From: Candidatus Saccharimonadota bacterium
GTDB lineage: Bacteria > Patescibacteriota > Gracilibacteria > UBA1369 > 2-02-FULL-48-14
DNA: 32,000 bases
Reading direction: 5' to 3'
Assembly: GCA_016699145.1 (NCBI GenBank)
Contig: CP064962.1
Coordinates: 660,001-692,000 of the forward strand
The position numbers and the translations under genes are program-made. How positions within the stretch are numbered: position 1 is the first letter of the stretch; each line of letters opens with the position of its first letter. The notes beneath the pieces are model-generated. The model did no database searches. It was given only the letters and a program-made list of their open reading frames with translations, and was not told the DNA's origin. This document shows positions 1 through 8,101 of the stretch, piece by piece.

Positions 1-916
1 CTGCACGAGTGTAAAAAGTGCCAGTGTCCAAATAATCTTCCGTACCACAAGAAATGTAATACGCCAGACCCTTCGCCTCGCGCACGGCAAGGAACATGCG
101 TGAACTCATATTGCCCCCCAAAATAGAAGACAGCACCTTGAGCACATAGTGATCCTGATGCGTTTCGGGGTAACCCTTCACGCCCATCACAAGGTGAGTT
201 TGCTCCGTTTTTTTGCTGCCCAATTTCACTCGTTCGCAAGTGGGCAAATTCGCCTCAAAAGCATGATAAGTCCGAGTGGGCTCCTTACGCTGCATGGGGA
301 AATACTTTTTAACCAAGTTCACCACTTCCTCGTGCTCCACCGCTCCCGCTAAACACACAAGCATATTGTCGATGGTGTACAAAGAGTCTTTATAGGTCAC
401 AAAATCGTCGCGCTGCAAAACACGGATCACATCCTTAGGTCCACCCTCATCCCATCCGAGAGGTTGATCCCCAAACAGAGCCCGTTCAAAATCCCAAGCC
501 ACTTGATACATGGGCGTGTCTTGATACATATTGATTTCCTCCAAAATCACTCCGCGTTCCTTTTCGATTTCTTCTTGATCAAAACGCGCATTCAAAAGCA
601 TGTCCGACAAAACGTCGAGCGCCAGCTCTTTGTGATGCGCCGCCAATTTCACATAATAACCCGCATATTCTTTTGAAGTGAATGCGTTGAACTCCCCCCC
701 AATGCCATCGATGGCTTCAGACACTTCCTTGGCTGACTTGTATTTGGTGGCTCCTTTAAAAAACATGTGCTCCAAAAAGTGAGACACTCCATTGATGTTT
801 TTATCCTCGCAACGAGACCCCGCTTTGGTCAGCACCAAAGCCGTCACGGATTGAGTCCCAAGAAGCGCTTCCGTCACAATGCGAAGCCCGTTGTCTAACG
901 TTGTTTTTTGAACCAT
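1..916 (-). CDS. M16 (pitrilysin/insulinase) family zinc peptidase, N-terminal part; the C-terminus lies beyond the left window edge
   Basis: Absent from the ORF track because it has no in-window stop. The reverse-strand translation from the ATG at 916-914 reads MVQKTTLDNGLRIVTEALLGTQSVTALVLTKAGSRCEDKNINGVSHFLEHMFFKGATKYKSAKEVSEAIDGIGGEFNAFTSKEYAGYY and stays open to base 1. It carries the inverted zinc motif HxxEH (HFLEH) typical of M16. Confidence 0.85.
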   Translation of the reverse strand, partial: MVQKTTLDNGLRIVTEALLGTQSVTALVLTKAGSRCEDKNINGVSHFLEHMFFKGATKYKSAKEVSEAIDGIGGEFNAFTSKEYAGYYVKLAAHHKELALDVLSDMLLNARFDQEEIEKERGVILEEINMYQDTPMYQVAWDFERALFGDQPLGWDEGGPKDVIRVLQRDDFVTYKDSLYTIDNMLVCLAGAVEHEEVVNLVKKYFPMQRKEPTRTYHAFEANLPTCERVKLGSKKTEQTHLVMGVKGYPETHQDHYVLKVLSSILGGNMSSRMFLAVREAKGLAYYISCGTEDYLDTGTFYTRA

Positions 917-978
917 AGTGTTTTAGGATGATGGCTCCGGGATGGTAACAAAACTTAAGGCTCAGCGTCCACTCCAAT

Positions 979-2715
979 ATGCCGCTTTCCACACGAATCA
1001 ATCGGTTCACTCCTATTTTTCTAGCCGTCTACGCCCTAGCCGCTGTGGTGATTTTGAAACTTTTTTATCTGCAAGTCATCTCGCACAGCTACTATCAACA
1101 CATCGCCGAAGTGGAACAATACGGCTACACCATTTTGCCCGCCCGACGCGGAGAAATTTTAGTGCAGGACTACCACTCGGGTGAGGCCTACACCTTGGCC
1201 ACCAACACGACACTCAGCATGATTTATGCCGACCCCACCTTGATCGCCGAAAAATCCGATCCCGTGCTTGTGGCTGAAACGTTTGCGCCCCTACTTTTCG
1301 ACTTGGAACAAGCCAAGGAACAGGATCAAATTCGCTATGAAGATGAGCTCGAAATCATCAATAAAATGGAGAATGAAACGCTCAAAAATGAAGCCCTTTC
1401 CAAGCTCGCTCTAAAAACCGATGAAGAGCTGTTTGAAACTTATCAAGAAGATTTGGAAGAACTTCTGTCCACTCGCACTCGTGACACCATTTTATACGCC
1501 GAAGACCTCGATCCCGAAACTCAGAACAAAGTCCGGAAGGCAGGCATTCAAGGCAGCGAATTAACCGAAAAGGCAAACCTTTATCTTTACCCAAAAAAAA
1601 TCACCGACAGCAAAAAGGTGGCAGAACAACTGGCCGAAATTTTTGGCGGTGATGTGGAAGTGATCGAAAACAAACTCGAGGGCAAAAACGCTTACGTGGA
1701 ACTCAAACATAAACTCGATCCAGCCATTTCTGAACAAATTGAAAAACTCTTGGAAGAAGATCGAAAAAAAGCCGATATAGAAAACCGCGACCCCTATTAT
1801 TTGGGCATCGGAATGAAGGACGAGTATTTCCGTTTTTATCCCGAACAAGAATTGGCCGCGCAAGCGCTGGGTTATGTGAATTCTGCCGGCGACGGTGTCT
1901 ACGGTGTGGAAGGAACTTTCAACGAAATTCTTGAAGGAAGCAACGGTATTTTCAGCTCTCAGTTGGATGTCTATAGGAATCAAATCACGGTGGGTGAAAC
2001 CGTCATTGAAGAAGCCGTGGACGGAGCAGACATCACTCTGACCATTGACCGTGCCATTCAAAGCGAAGTGGAAACGTTACTCGAAGAAGGCGTGAAAGAA
2101 TTCAGACCAGACAGTGGACAAGCCATCGTGCTCAATCCACAAACCGGAGCCATTTTGGCTTGGGCCCAGTATCCCACTTTCAATCCCAATTCTTACGGAG
2201 AAGTCTTTCAAAAGGTCGACTTTGAAATCCCGGAAGATCGCAAAGATAAAATCGTGGTGCGAGGCACAGAAGAAGATCCCCTTTATTGGTACTACATTCA
2301 CGAAGATCCAGACGTGCGCATCCAAATTTTTCCTGCCGAAGAAGAAGGGAAATGGCTTTCTTATGAAAACATTTGGGGGCCTGAAGTCTATAAAAATAAA
2401 ATGCTTCAAGAATATTACGAACCCGGCTCCGTATTCAAACCCCTCGTCATGGCCGCAGCCATCAATGCAGGCGAAGTGACCCCAAACACCACCTTCAACG
2501 ATTCAGGAGCCGTCGGCGTGGACTTCAACGTGCTCACTCAAAAATACGATTACTACATCGAAACCTTCAACCGAGAATACCACGGCCTCGAAACCATGAC
2601 TCAAGTGCTGGAACATTCGTGCAACACCGGCATGACCTTCATCTCAAAAAACTGGGAGCCGCTTTATTTTACACCTATCTCAAAGCCTATGGCTTTTTGG
2701 AACGCACCGAAATAG
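979..2715 (+). CDS. Penicillin-binding protein 2/FtsI-type transpeptidase, N-terminal segment. The frame is lost at the A-run 2646-2651, and residues after about 2652 in this frame look like junk.
   Basis: N-terminal membrane anchor (FTPIFLAVYALAAVVILKLFYL). Transpeptidase motifs SxxK (GSVFKP) and SxN (HSCNTG). The tail NWEPLYFTPISKPMAFWNAPK has no PBP character. Confidence 0.85.
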   Translation: MPLSTRINRFTPIFLAVYALAAVVILKLFYLQVISHSYYQHIAEVEQYGYTILPARRGEILVQDYHSGEAYTLATNTTLSMIYADPTLIAEKSDPVLVAETFAPLLFDLEQAKEQDQIRYEDELEIINKMENETLKNEALSKLALKTDEELFETYQEDLEELLSTRTRDTILYAEDLDPETQNKVRKAGIQGSELTEKANLYLYPKKITDSKKVAEQLAEIFGGDVEVIENKLEGKNAYVELKHKLDPAISEQIEKLLEEDRKKADIENRDPYYLGIGMKDEYFRFYPEQELAAQALGYVNSAGDGVYGVEGTFNEILEGSNGIFSSQLDVYRNQITVGETVIEEAVDGADITLTIDRAIQSEVETLLEEGVKEFRPDSGQAIVLNPQTGAILAWAQYPTFNPNSYGEVFQKVDFEIPEDRKDKIVVRGTEEDPLYWYYIHEDPDVRIQIFPAEEEGKWLSYENIWGPEVYKNKMLQEYYEPGSVFKPLVMAAAINAGEVTPNTTFNDSGAVGVDFNVLTQKYDYYIETFNREYHGLETMTQVLEHSCNTGMTFISKNWEPLYFTPISKPMAFWNAPK

Positions 2716-3272
2716 GCCTGAACGACGAAGCTTTGGGCGATCTCGAATACTACGAAAGCTGGACCGAATCTGAAATGGTGACCAAATCTTTCGGCCAAGG
2801 AATCACGCTCACCCCCATTCAACTGGCCCAGGCCTACACGGCCATCGCCAACAACGGAACCATGATGAAGCCTTACATCGTGCAAAAAATCACGCATCCC
2901 GACGGAACCGTTGAAGAGACCGAGCCCTCCATTGTGCGCCAGGTGCTCACCGAGGGAACGGCAGACCAAGTCGTCGCCATGATGACGGATGTGGTGGAAT
3001 CCTACGCCAGCATCTCGATACCCGGACATTACTTTGCAGGAAAATCTGGAACCGCTCAAACCTACAAAGGAGGCGTTGCACTTTCAGGGGAAGGAACAAC
3101 CATCGCCAGTTTCATAGGGATGGGCCCCATCGAAAACCCCGAATATTTGGTCATTGTAAAAATGGACTTGCCCAAAGCTTCTCAATGGGCGGAGGGCACT
3201 TCCGGACAAGTGCTTCGAAAAATCATGACCTTCCTCTTCGACTACTATTCCGTCGCTCCAGACAAAAACTAA
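2619..3272 (+). CDS. Penicillin-binding protein 2/FtsI-type transpeptidase, C-terminal segment in the -1 frame. Real sequence begins at about 2650 with KLGAALFYTYLKAYGF.
   Basis: Continues the PBP fold (FGQGITLTPIQLAQAYTAIANNG) and carries the third catalytic motif K(T/S)G as KSGTAQ. The first residues of the tracked ORF (MQHRHDLHL) are the out-of-frame reading of the SCNTGMTFIS region. Confidence 0.85.
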   Translation: MQHRHDLHLKKLGAALFYTYLKAYGFLERTEIGLNDEALGDLEYYESWTESEMVTKSFGQGITLTPIQLAQAYTAIANNGTMMKPYIVQKITHPDGTVEETEPSIVRQVLTEGTADQVVAMMTDVVESYASISIPGHYFAGKSGTAQTYKGGVALSGEGTTIASFIGMGPIENPEYLVIVKMDLPKASQWAEGTSGQVLRKIMTFLFDYYSVAPDKN

Positions 3273-3308
3273 AGCTCTAGGCAAAGCACCTTGTTTTAAA
3301 AAGTAAAA

Positions 3309-3340
3309 AGCCCTATGCTAAACGGGCTCTTATTTTTTTA
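3309..3340 (+). terminator. Weak intrinsic terminator candidate downstream of the PBP gene
   Basis: AGCCC (3309-3313) pairs with GGGCT (3324-3328) around a 10-nt loop, followed by a T-rich run (cttattttttt). Confidence 0.35.
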
Positions 3341-3352
3341 CACCACTTCAGT

Positions 3353-4066
3353 ATGATCAAAAAATATCTAATCGCTTTAATGTTCAGCCTCATGCTGGCG
3401 CCTGCTGCTTTCGCCGATGAAGCACTCACCGAAACGGTAGAAGCTGTAGAAACAGTGGTAGTGAGCGAAAACACCATGGTCAGCGAACCCATGCTTTGCG
3501 GGGGTGGTTGCGGCTACTGGGGCGGCGTTTACATCAACGTCTTCACCACCGTGTCTGCAGAAGTAGACGGAGTAACTCTCTTTGGAAACTACTACCTCGA
3601 CAATGCAGAATCCAAAGAAGCAGCTGTGGAGGAATTGGATGAAGTTTACAATGAAATTCGAAGCACACTTTCCAAATACGGAACCGTGATGCGCACCGGA
3701 ATCTACACCTATTCCGACTGGGAATTCACTGGAATGTACGATGGAAACCTCTCCATCCGTGTGGATTTGAACAATCCCACTCAAACCGAAGACATTGAAA
3801 ACATCCTTTACCGAAACGGTTTTGAAAACTGGCGTGAAGTGAAAGTCAGCAACTTGGTTGCAGCAGAAAAGGCCGCTGTTCCTACCTTAAAAGATTTGAT
3901 GGCCGCCAAGAAAGAAGTCTATGAAGAATTTTTGGAAAGTGGCTTGGGCAGCATCGCCAACCTCAACATTTACAGCTGGGCAGATTCTACCAGCTACGAT
4001 CCCAGCACCAACATGGTGGATGTGATGGTTTATGCCGACGTAACCTACAACCCGCTGACTTACTAA
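3353..4066 (+). CDS. Secreted protein of unknown function, possibly SIMPL/DUF541-like
   Basis: Sec signal peptide MIKKYLIALMFSLMLAPAAFA/DE. Its size and alternating strand/helix character are reminiscent of SIMPL-domain periplasmic proteins. No diagnostic motif was recognised. Confidence 0.6.
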   Translation: MIKKYLIALMFSLMLAPAAFADEALTETVEAVETVVVSENTMVSEPMLCGGGCGYWGGVYINVFTTVSAEVDGVTLFGNYYLDNAESKEAAVEELDEVYNEIRSTLSKYGTVMRTGIYTYSDWEFTGMYDGNLSIRVDLNNPTQTEDIENILYRNGFENWREVKVSNLVAAEKAAVPTLKDLMAAKKEVYEEFLESGLGSIANLNIYSWADSTSYDPSTNMVDVMVYADVTYNPLTY

Positions 4067-4079
4067 TTAGCCAGCAGAC

Positions 4080-4113
4080 AAAAAAAAGAGGCCCCTACGG
4101 GTCTCTTTTTTTT
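4080..4113. terminator. Bidirectional rho-independent terminator between convergent genes
   Basis: An A-run is followed by stem AGAGGCCC (4087-4094), loop CUAC and stem GGGTCTCT (4099-4106), giving 8 bp with one G-U pair. A T7 run follows at 4107-4113. The element is A/T-flanked on both sides. Confidence 0.8.
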
Positions 4114-4125
4114 GTGATATTGTGA

Positions 4126-4728
4126 TTAAGCTTTCTGTGAGGGCTCAGGGGGAAGCGGATACTGTTTATCGGCAAAACTTGAGGCTGCTGCACGATCTTT
4201 TATTTGATCCGTTATTTCAACAACTGTTCCACTACCTGGTTTGTAGATTGAACCAAATGCCCCAGTCCTATCCACGGAAACTCTTAAGCCATCTTTCACT
4301 CGAACCAACTGTCGGATATCCCTAGTGAGGCCTCCTGAAGGAACAGGAAAACTTAACTCAGTCCAAGTCACACCCTTAACATCTGCCCCAAATGGCTGTT
4401 CTGTGAGCTTCTCACCGATGACTTTTCTATAAAGAGAAGGATCTTCTTCAACTCTAACGTCACGAGCAACAAAATTAGCTGGATAGACAAATATGATGTC
4501 ATTCGGGGAATCCACAACAACACCTCCTTTCCGATCGACTCGGACTATTCCATAATCCCGTGGTTGAGCCTCTAGACGTTCCCATTCGCCTGAACCAGAG
4601 TGGTATGCTCTTGCACAAGATACAAGATAGCCATCTAATTTTTTTAAATCATCAAATGATGGAACGGAAGTGTCATTTGGGGTATCTAAGCTCATTTGAC
4701 TGAGGGTTAATGTGTGGGAACCGGACAA
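4126..4728 (-). CDS. Hypothetical protein. The tracked start is TTG at 4728; the ATG at 4695 (MSLDTPND) is an alternative start.
   Basis: A 200-codon ORF with a good promoter-like element upstream. No recognisable domain. Confidence 0.55.
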   Translation of the reverse strand: MSGSHTLTLSQMSLDTPNDTSVPSFDDLKKLDGYLVSCARAYHSGSGEWERLEAQPRDYGIVRVDRKGGVVVDSPNDIIFVYPANFVARDVRVEEDPSLYRKVIGEKLTEQPFGADVKGVTWTELSFPVPSGGLTRDIRQLVRVKDGLRVSVDRTGAFGSIYKPGSGTVVEITDQIKDRAAASSFADKQYPLPPEPSQKA

Positions 4729-4733
4729 AGAGA

Positions 4734-4762
4734 ACTATAACACTTTTACTGTAACACGTCAA
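4734..4762 (-). promoter_or_regulatory. Sigma70-like promoter candidate for the 4126-4728 gene
   Basis: On the minus strand: TTGACG (4762-4757), 17-nt spacer, TATAGT (4739-4734). Confidence 0.4.
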
Positions 4763-4780
4763 TCGGAACTTCAGAACTGC

Positions 4781-4938
4781 TCAATAAACCTGATTATGAG
4801 TGCCCACGTCGAGCATCACAGCCAAAGCATAATCATCATACTCTTGAAAAATTTGGACACTTTCCAAAACTTTCTTTTGTCGCTTCTTATCCAATATCAA
4901 AAAGCCTTTTCAAAGGGCTTTGCATACTTAATCTGCAT
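4781..4938 (-). pseudogene. Decayed YafQ/RelE-family toxin gene, with a frameshift at a T5 run plus an internal deletion of the catalytic core
   Basis: The ATG at 4938-4936 overlaps the 3' end of the upstream antitoxin gene, with the two stop/start signals nested as AAATGCAGATTAA. It reads MQIKYAKPFEKAF and then hits TGA. The next frame continues LILDKKRQKKVLESVQIFQEYDDYALAVMLDVGTHNQVY and then stops. The N-terminus (FEKAFL) and C-terminus (VGTHNQVY) align with the intact toxin at 8940-9218 (GFEKAFLKL...NGSHSKVY). Only about 52 codons remain in total. Confidence 0.6.
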
Positions 4939-5218
4939 TTTTAGCTAGATTTTTTAAATATTTGATAGCCTCTTCTCCTTGAAAAGGTCCTTCTACATTG
5001 ATTCCTCGTTTTGCCTCTTCCGAAGCTTTTAAAATTTCGCGCTCCTGTTGAAGGGTCAACCCATTTTCTGTAAGAATGGGGAAAGGTATTCCTTGAGAAA
5101 TAACGACCTGAGTAAGGTAAATTTTAATAGCACTGCTCATGTCCAACCCCACTTTATCAAGAATTTTTTTAGCTTGTTTCTTCGTTTTAGGATCAATGCG
5201 AACTTGAATGGTAGACAT
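4928..5218 (-). CDS. RelB/DinJ-family type II antitoxin
   Basis: MSTIQVRIDPKTKKQAKKILDKVGLDMSSAIKIYLTQVVISQGIPFPI is the typical DinJ ribbon-helix-helix N-terminus. Confidence 0.8.
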   Translation of the reverse strand: MSTIQVRIDPKTKKQAKKILDKVGLDMSSAIKIYLTQVVISQGIPFPILTENGLTLQQEREILKASEEAKRGINVEGPFQGEEAIKYLKNLAKNAD

Positions 5219-5242
5219 AAAATACAGTTGAAATTCAATTCA

Positions 5243-5271
5243 AGAATAACTAAGCTGCACTACATTGTCAA
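5243..5271 (-). promoter_or_regulatory. Sigma70-like promoter candidate for the DinJ-like operon, with a small inverted repeat downstream
   Basis: On the minus strand: TTGACA (5271-5266), 17-nt spacer, TATTCT (5248-5243). The sequence TTGAAttgaatTTCAA follows before the ATG at 5218. Confidence 0.4.
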
Positions 5272-6435
5272 TACATTGTAGTGCCGAACCAAAGAGAAAT
5301 CGCTGATATCAATGCTGCTCTTCCCCACAGTAGCTAGCTCTGCCAAGACCTCCCCAATGGCCGCTGAGCTCTTAAATCCATGGCCAGAACAAGGCGACGC
5401 AACGATCACTTGTTTGAATGTCGGATGTCGATCAATCACAAATTTGGAGTCGGGAGTGACAGTGTAAAGACAGGTGCTTGTTCGGACACATTCTTCGCTC
5501 AAACCCAAAATATGTTGACTGGCCAAGTCATACATTCGCGCCACTTCGTCGGCACCGACCTCCCGATTCACTTGTTCAGGAGTCATAGTCACAAGATAAT
5601 CTTCACAAGCCAATTTTAAAGTGCCTTCATCCTCATCGATCATAGGAAATCCATAAATATCGTCTCCACCACCCAAGTCAAAAATATAAACGGGAAGGGT
5701 ACTCGATAGGTATTTCTTCATCGAATCCTTAACTTTAAACCAATAAAGAACTTGCCTATAAACCTTGAAGTAATCCTTAAATTCAGGAAGCAACTGAGAA
5801 ATCCACGGCCCCGCAGTCACAATAAGCTGTCCCGCCTTATATTCACTCTTGTCCGTCTTGATTGAGACTTGAGCCCCTTCGGGTTTAATTTCCAGAACCT
5901 TTTCATCCATGTGAAGCTCAGCTCCGTTCTTTTGAGCAAGCCCAATTTGAATCTCAACACAAAGTTCTGGGCGAAGGAAACCTGCTCCATTTTCGTAATA
6001 ACCCTTTTCCGAATCTCGAAACTTAAAAAGCGGGTATCTTTTTTTAAGCTCCTCATTTTCAAGAACTTCGTGAGAAATGCCAAAACGCTTCGCCACATCA
6101 ATGGTCTGCAACAAAAAGTTTTTCGTCCCGTGAGTGCTTTCTACAGAAGAAGGATCGCCCACAATAAGACCGCCAGTAATCGTAAATAAACTTTGCCCAC
6201 TGTTTTTTTCGAGCTCTCTCCAAATCTCATTCGAGCGCAAAACCAAGGGCACATATTCACTTCCCTCCCCAATAGCTTGTCTTGTTATTCGGGTTTCACC
6301 ATGAGTCGAACCCAGGGTATGTGGCGGTGAATACTGATCAAGGCCTAAAACCTTCACCCCTCGTTTGGAAAGCTGACAAACGGCAGCGCTGCCCATCGCT
6401 CCGAGGCCAACAACAATCACATCAAAACTTTGCAT
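5260..6435 (-). CDS. FAD-dependent oxidoreductase, monomeric sarcosine oxidase / N-methyltryptophan oxidase (MSOX/SolA)-like
   Basis: Starts at MQSFDVIVVGLGAMGSAAVCQL, a GxGxxG dinucleotide fold. Near the C-terminus is SPCSGHGFK, the motif that carries the covalent-FAD cysteine in the MSOX family. The tracked ORF extends to 6636, but that extension overlaps the neighbouring gene and looks non-protein-like. Confidence 0.8.
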   Translation of the reverse strand: MQSFDVIVVGLGAMGSAAVCQLSKRGVKVLGLDQYSPPHTLGSTHGETRITRQAIGEGSEYVPLVLRSNEIWRELEKNSGQSLFTITGGLIVGDPSSVESTHGTKNFLLQTIDVAKRFGISHEVLENEELKKRYPLFKFRDSEKGYYENGAGFLRPELCVEIQIGLAQKNGAELHMDEKVLEIKPEGAQVSIKTDKSEYKAGQLIVTAGPWISQLLPEFKDYFKVYRQVLYWFKVKDSMKKYLSSTLPVYIFDLGGGDDIYGFPMIDEDEGTLKLACEDYLVTMTPEQVNREVGADEVARMYDLASQHILGLSEECVRTSTCLYTVTPDSKFVIDRHPTFKQVIVASPCSGHGFKSSAAIGEVLAELATVGKSSIDISDFSLVRHYNVLTM

Positions 6436-6454
6436 GAAGGCAATATAACATCTC

Positions 6455-6865
6455 CTAATCAACAAGAATCGTGAAATCAAAAATACAAGACCCCTCCAAA
6501 CGGGAGGGATCTGGGCGCAAAACCGCATCAACATATAAATCGGTCCTTCTATTGGCGAGCGTATGGACATCCCCTTCCTTGACCCATTCCCATTCTTGAC
6601 TCGACCCAACAGATTCCAGGTTTTCCAGCTCAGCAATAATGTCTAGACACGAATCTGCGTCAAACGCCAATTCGTAGTGCGCACTTTCCTCCCCCAGCAT
6701 GATCTCATACTCACTCATCATGACTTCATAATTTTCAGGCAGAGCTATGCCCGTCATCCGCTTTATCCATTCAAGATCAGGATCATCGGGAGCAAGCAAA
6801 TTTAAAAAGAAGAAAAATATCCCAAGAAAGAGGAAGCAGATTTTTTCAAACATGAACGCAATCAT
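6455..6865 (-). CDS. Small hypothetical protein with an N-terminal hydrophobic signal or anchor
   Basis: MIAFMFEKICFLFLGIFFFFLNLLAP is followed by an acidic domain. No recognised family. Confidence 0.5.
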   Translation of the reverse strand: MIAFMFEKICFLFLGIFFFFLNLLAPDDPDLEWIKRMTGIALPENYEVMMSEYEIMLGEESAHYELAFDADSCLDIIAELENLESVGSSQEWEWVKEGDVHTLANRRTDLYVDAVLRPDPSRLEGSCIFDFTILVD

Positions 6866-7000
6866 AAGTTCATGATAGCAGACTCACGTACGGCAAAAAA
6901 GGCGGCTAATAAAAGTTTAAGATTCATGAATACAGTGTTAAAACTACAAAAGTATAGCAAGCTCTTGTTGTGTTAACTAAATGGACATATAATTTTATAT

Positions 7001-8101
7001 ATGAGTAAAAAAAATCAAAAAATGGACGCATCCTTCCTAGCTCCTCTTCCACCAAAAATCAATTTAAGAGATGTGGAAATCTTAGAAAAGGCTTTAAAAG
7101 CCAACATTGCTTTAGCCGAACTCAACGGTTTAGTTCATTCCATTCCCAATTTCGAAATCCTACTCGCTCCTCTCACCGCCCGTGAAGCAGTGGCGAGCAG
7201 TGAGATTGAGAGCATTTACACAACCACTCTAGACATTCTTCAAGCAGAGCTTTTCCCTGAAGAGAAATTGCCCAAAGAACAGAAGGAAACATTAAGCTAC
7301 AAACAGGCTCTTTTAGCAGGATATCAATCTGTTTTGAGTAAAGAATTTATCAGCACCAATCAGCTTGTAGAAATTCAAAAAATACTTGAGCCCAGTAAGG
7401 CGGGCATCAGAAAATTACCAGGAACCGTTATAGTGAATGGGATGGGAGAAGTGATCTACACTCCTCCTCAAGGTGAAGCTTTGCTTCGAGCTCTCTTGAA
7501 AAATTGGGAGGAATATTGCAACGATCCGTCGAAAGTAGACACGCTGGTCCGCGCGGCTATACTTCACTATCAATTTGAATCCATCCATCCATTTTACGAT
7601 GGGAATGGACGAACAGGAAGGATTTTGATGGTTTTACAACTCGTTCTAGAAAAACGCCTTCGCTTTCCGGTTCTATTTTTATCGGGTTACATTTTAAAAA
7701 CAAAACGGAGATATTACGAATTGCTGCAAAAAGTCCGTACGGAAAACCTATGGAAAGAGTGGATTGTCTATATTTTAGAAGGGATAGAAAAGCAATCTCT
7801 AGAAACCTCAGAAAGAATTCTAGCGATAAAGAATTTAGTCGAAGAAACAAAGCATCCTTTAACAATAGATGGCCGGCCGACTAAAGGTTGGTTTGCAAAA
7901 ACCATCTCTGGGGACATTCTTGACTATTGGTTTAGTCGAGCCTTTTACTCTCAAAAGGATATGGTCAAAACACTGGGAATCAACCGAAAAACAGCTTCCA
8001 AATATCTTGATGGTTTTCACAAAATGGGCTTTCTTAAAATGAAAATTGTTAAAAAGCAGAAGATTTATTTCAATCCAAAATTTATTAGACTCTTGAGCTA
8101 A
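7001..8101 (+). CDS. Fic family protein (AMPylase-type Fic domain with N-terminal Fic_N-like region and C-terminal winged-helix-like tail)
   Basis: Canonical Fic motif HPFYDGNGRTGR at 7586-7621. An N-terminal inhibitory-helix-like SSEIES lies at 7196-7213. Confidence 0.9.
   Translation: MSKKNQKMDASFLAPLPPKINLRDVEILEKALKANIALAELNGLVHSIPNFEILLAPLTAREAVASSEIESIYTTTLDILQAELFPEEKLPKEQKETLSYKQALLAGYQSVLSKEFISTNQLVEIQKILEPSKAGIRKLPGTVIVNGMGEVIYTPPQGEALLRALLKNWEEYCNDPSKVDTLVRAAILHYQFESIHPFYDGNGRTGRILMVLQLVLEKRLRFPVLFLSGYILKTKRRYYELLQKVRTENLWKEWIVYILEGIEKQSLETSERILAIKNLVEETKHPLTIDGRPTKGWFAKTISGDILDYWFSRAFYSQKDMVKTLGINRKTASKYLDGFHKMGFLKMKIVKKQKIYFNPKFIRLLS

Noticed and set aside
2646-2652. Calling the PBP frameshift a proven programmed -1 frameshift
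   Set aside because: The heptamer is canonical, but I could not find a stimulatory hairpin or pseudoknot at the expected spacing, nor an upstream SD-like element. A mutation or a consensus error remain at least as likely.
6436-6636. 67-codon N-terminal extension of the oxidase ORF (tracked as 5260-6636)
   Set aside because: The extension overlaps the 3' part of the neighbouring ORF (6455-6865) and reads as low-quality sequence. The GxGxxG FAD fold begins right after the internal ATG at 6435, as in MSOX-family proteins.
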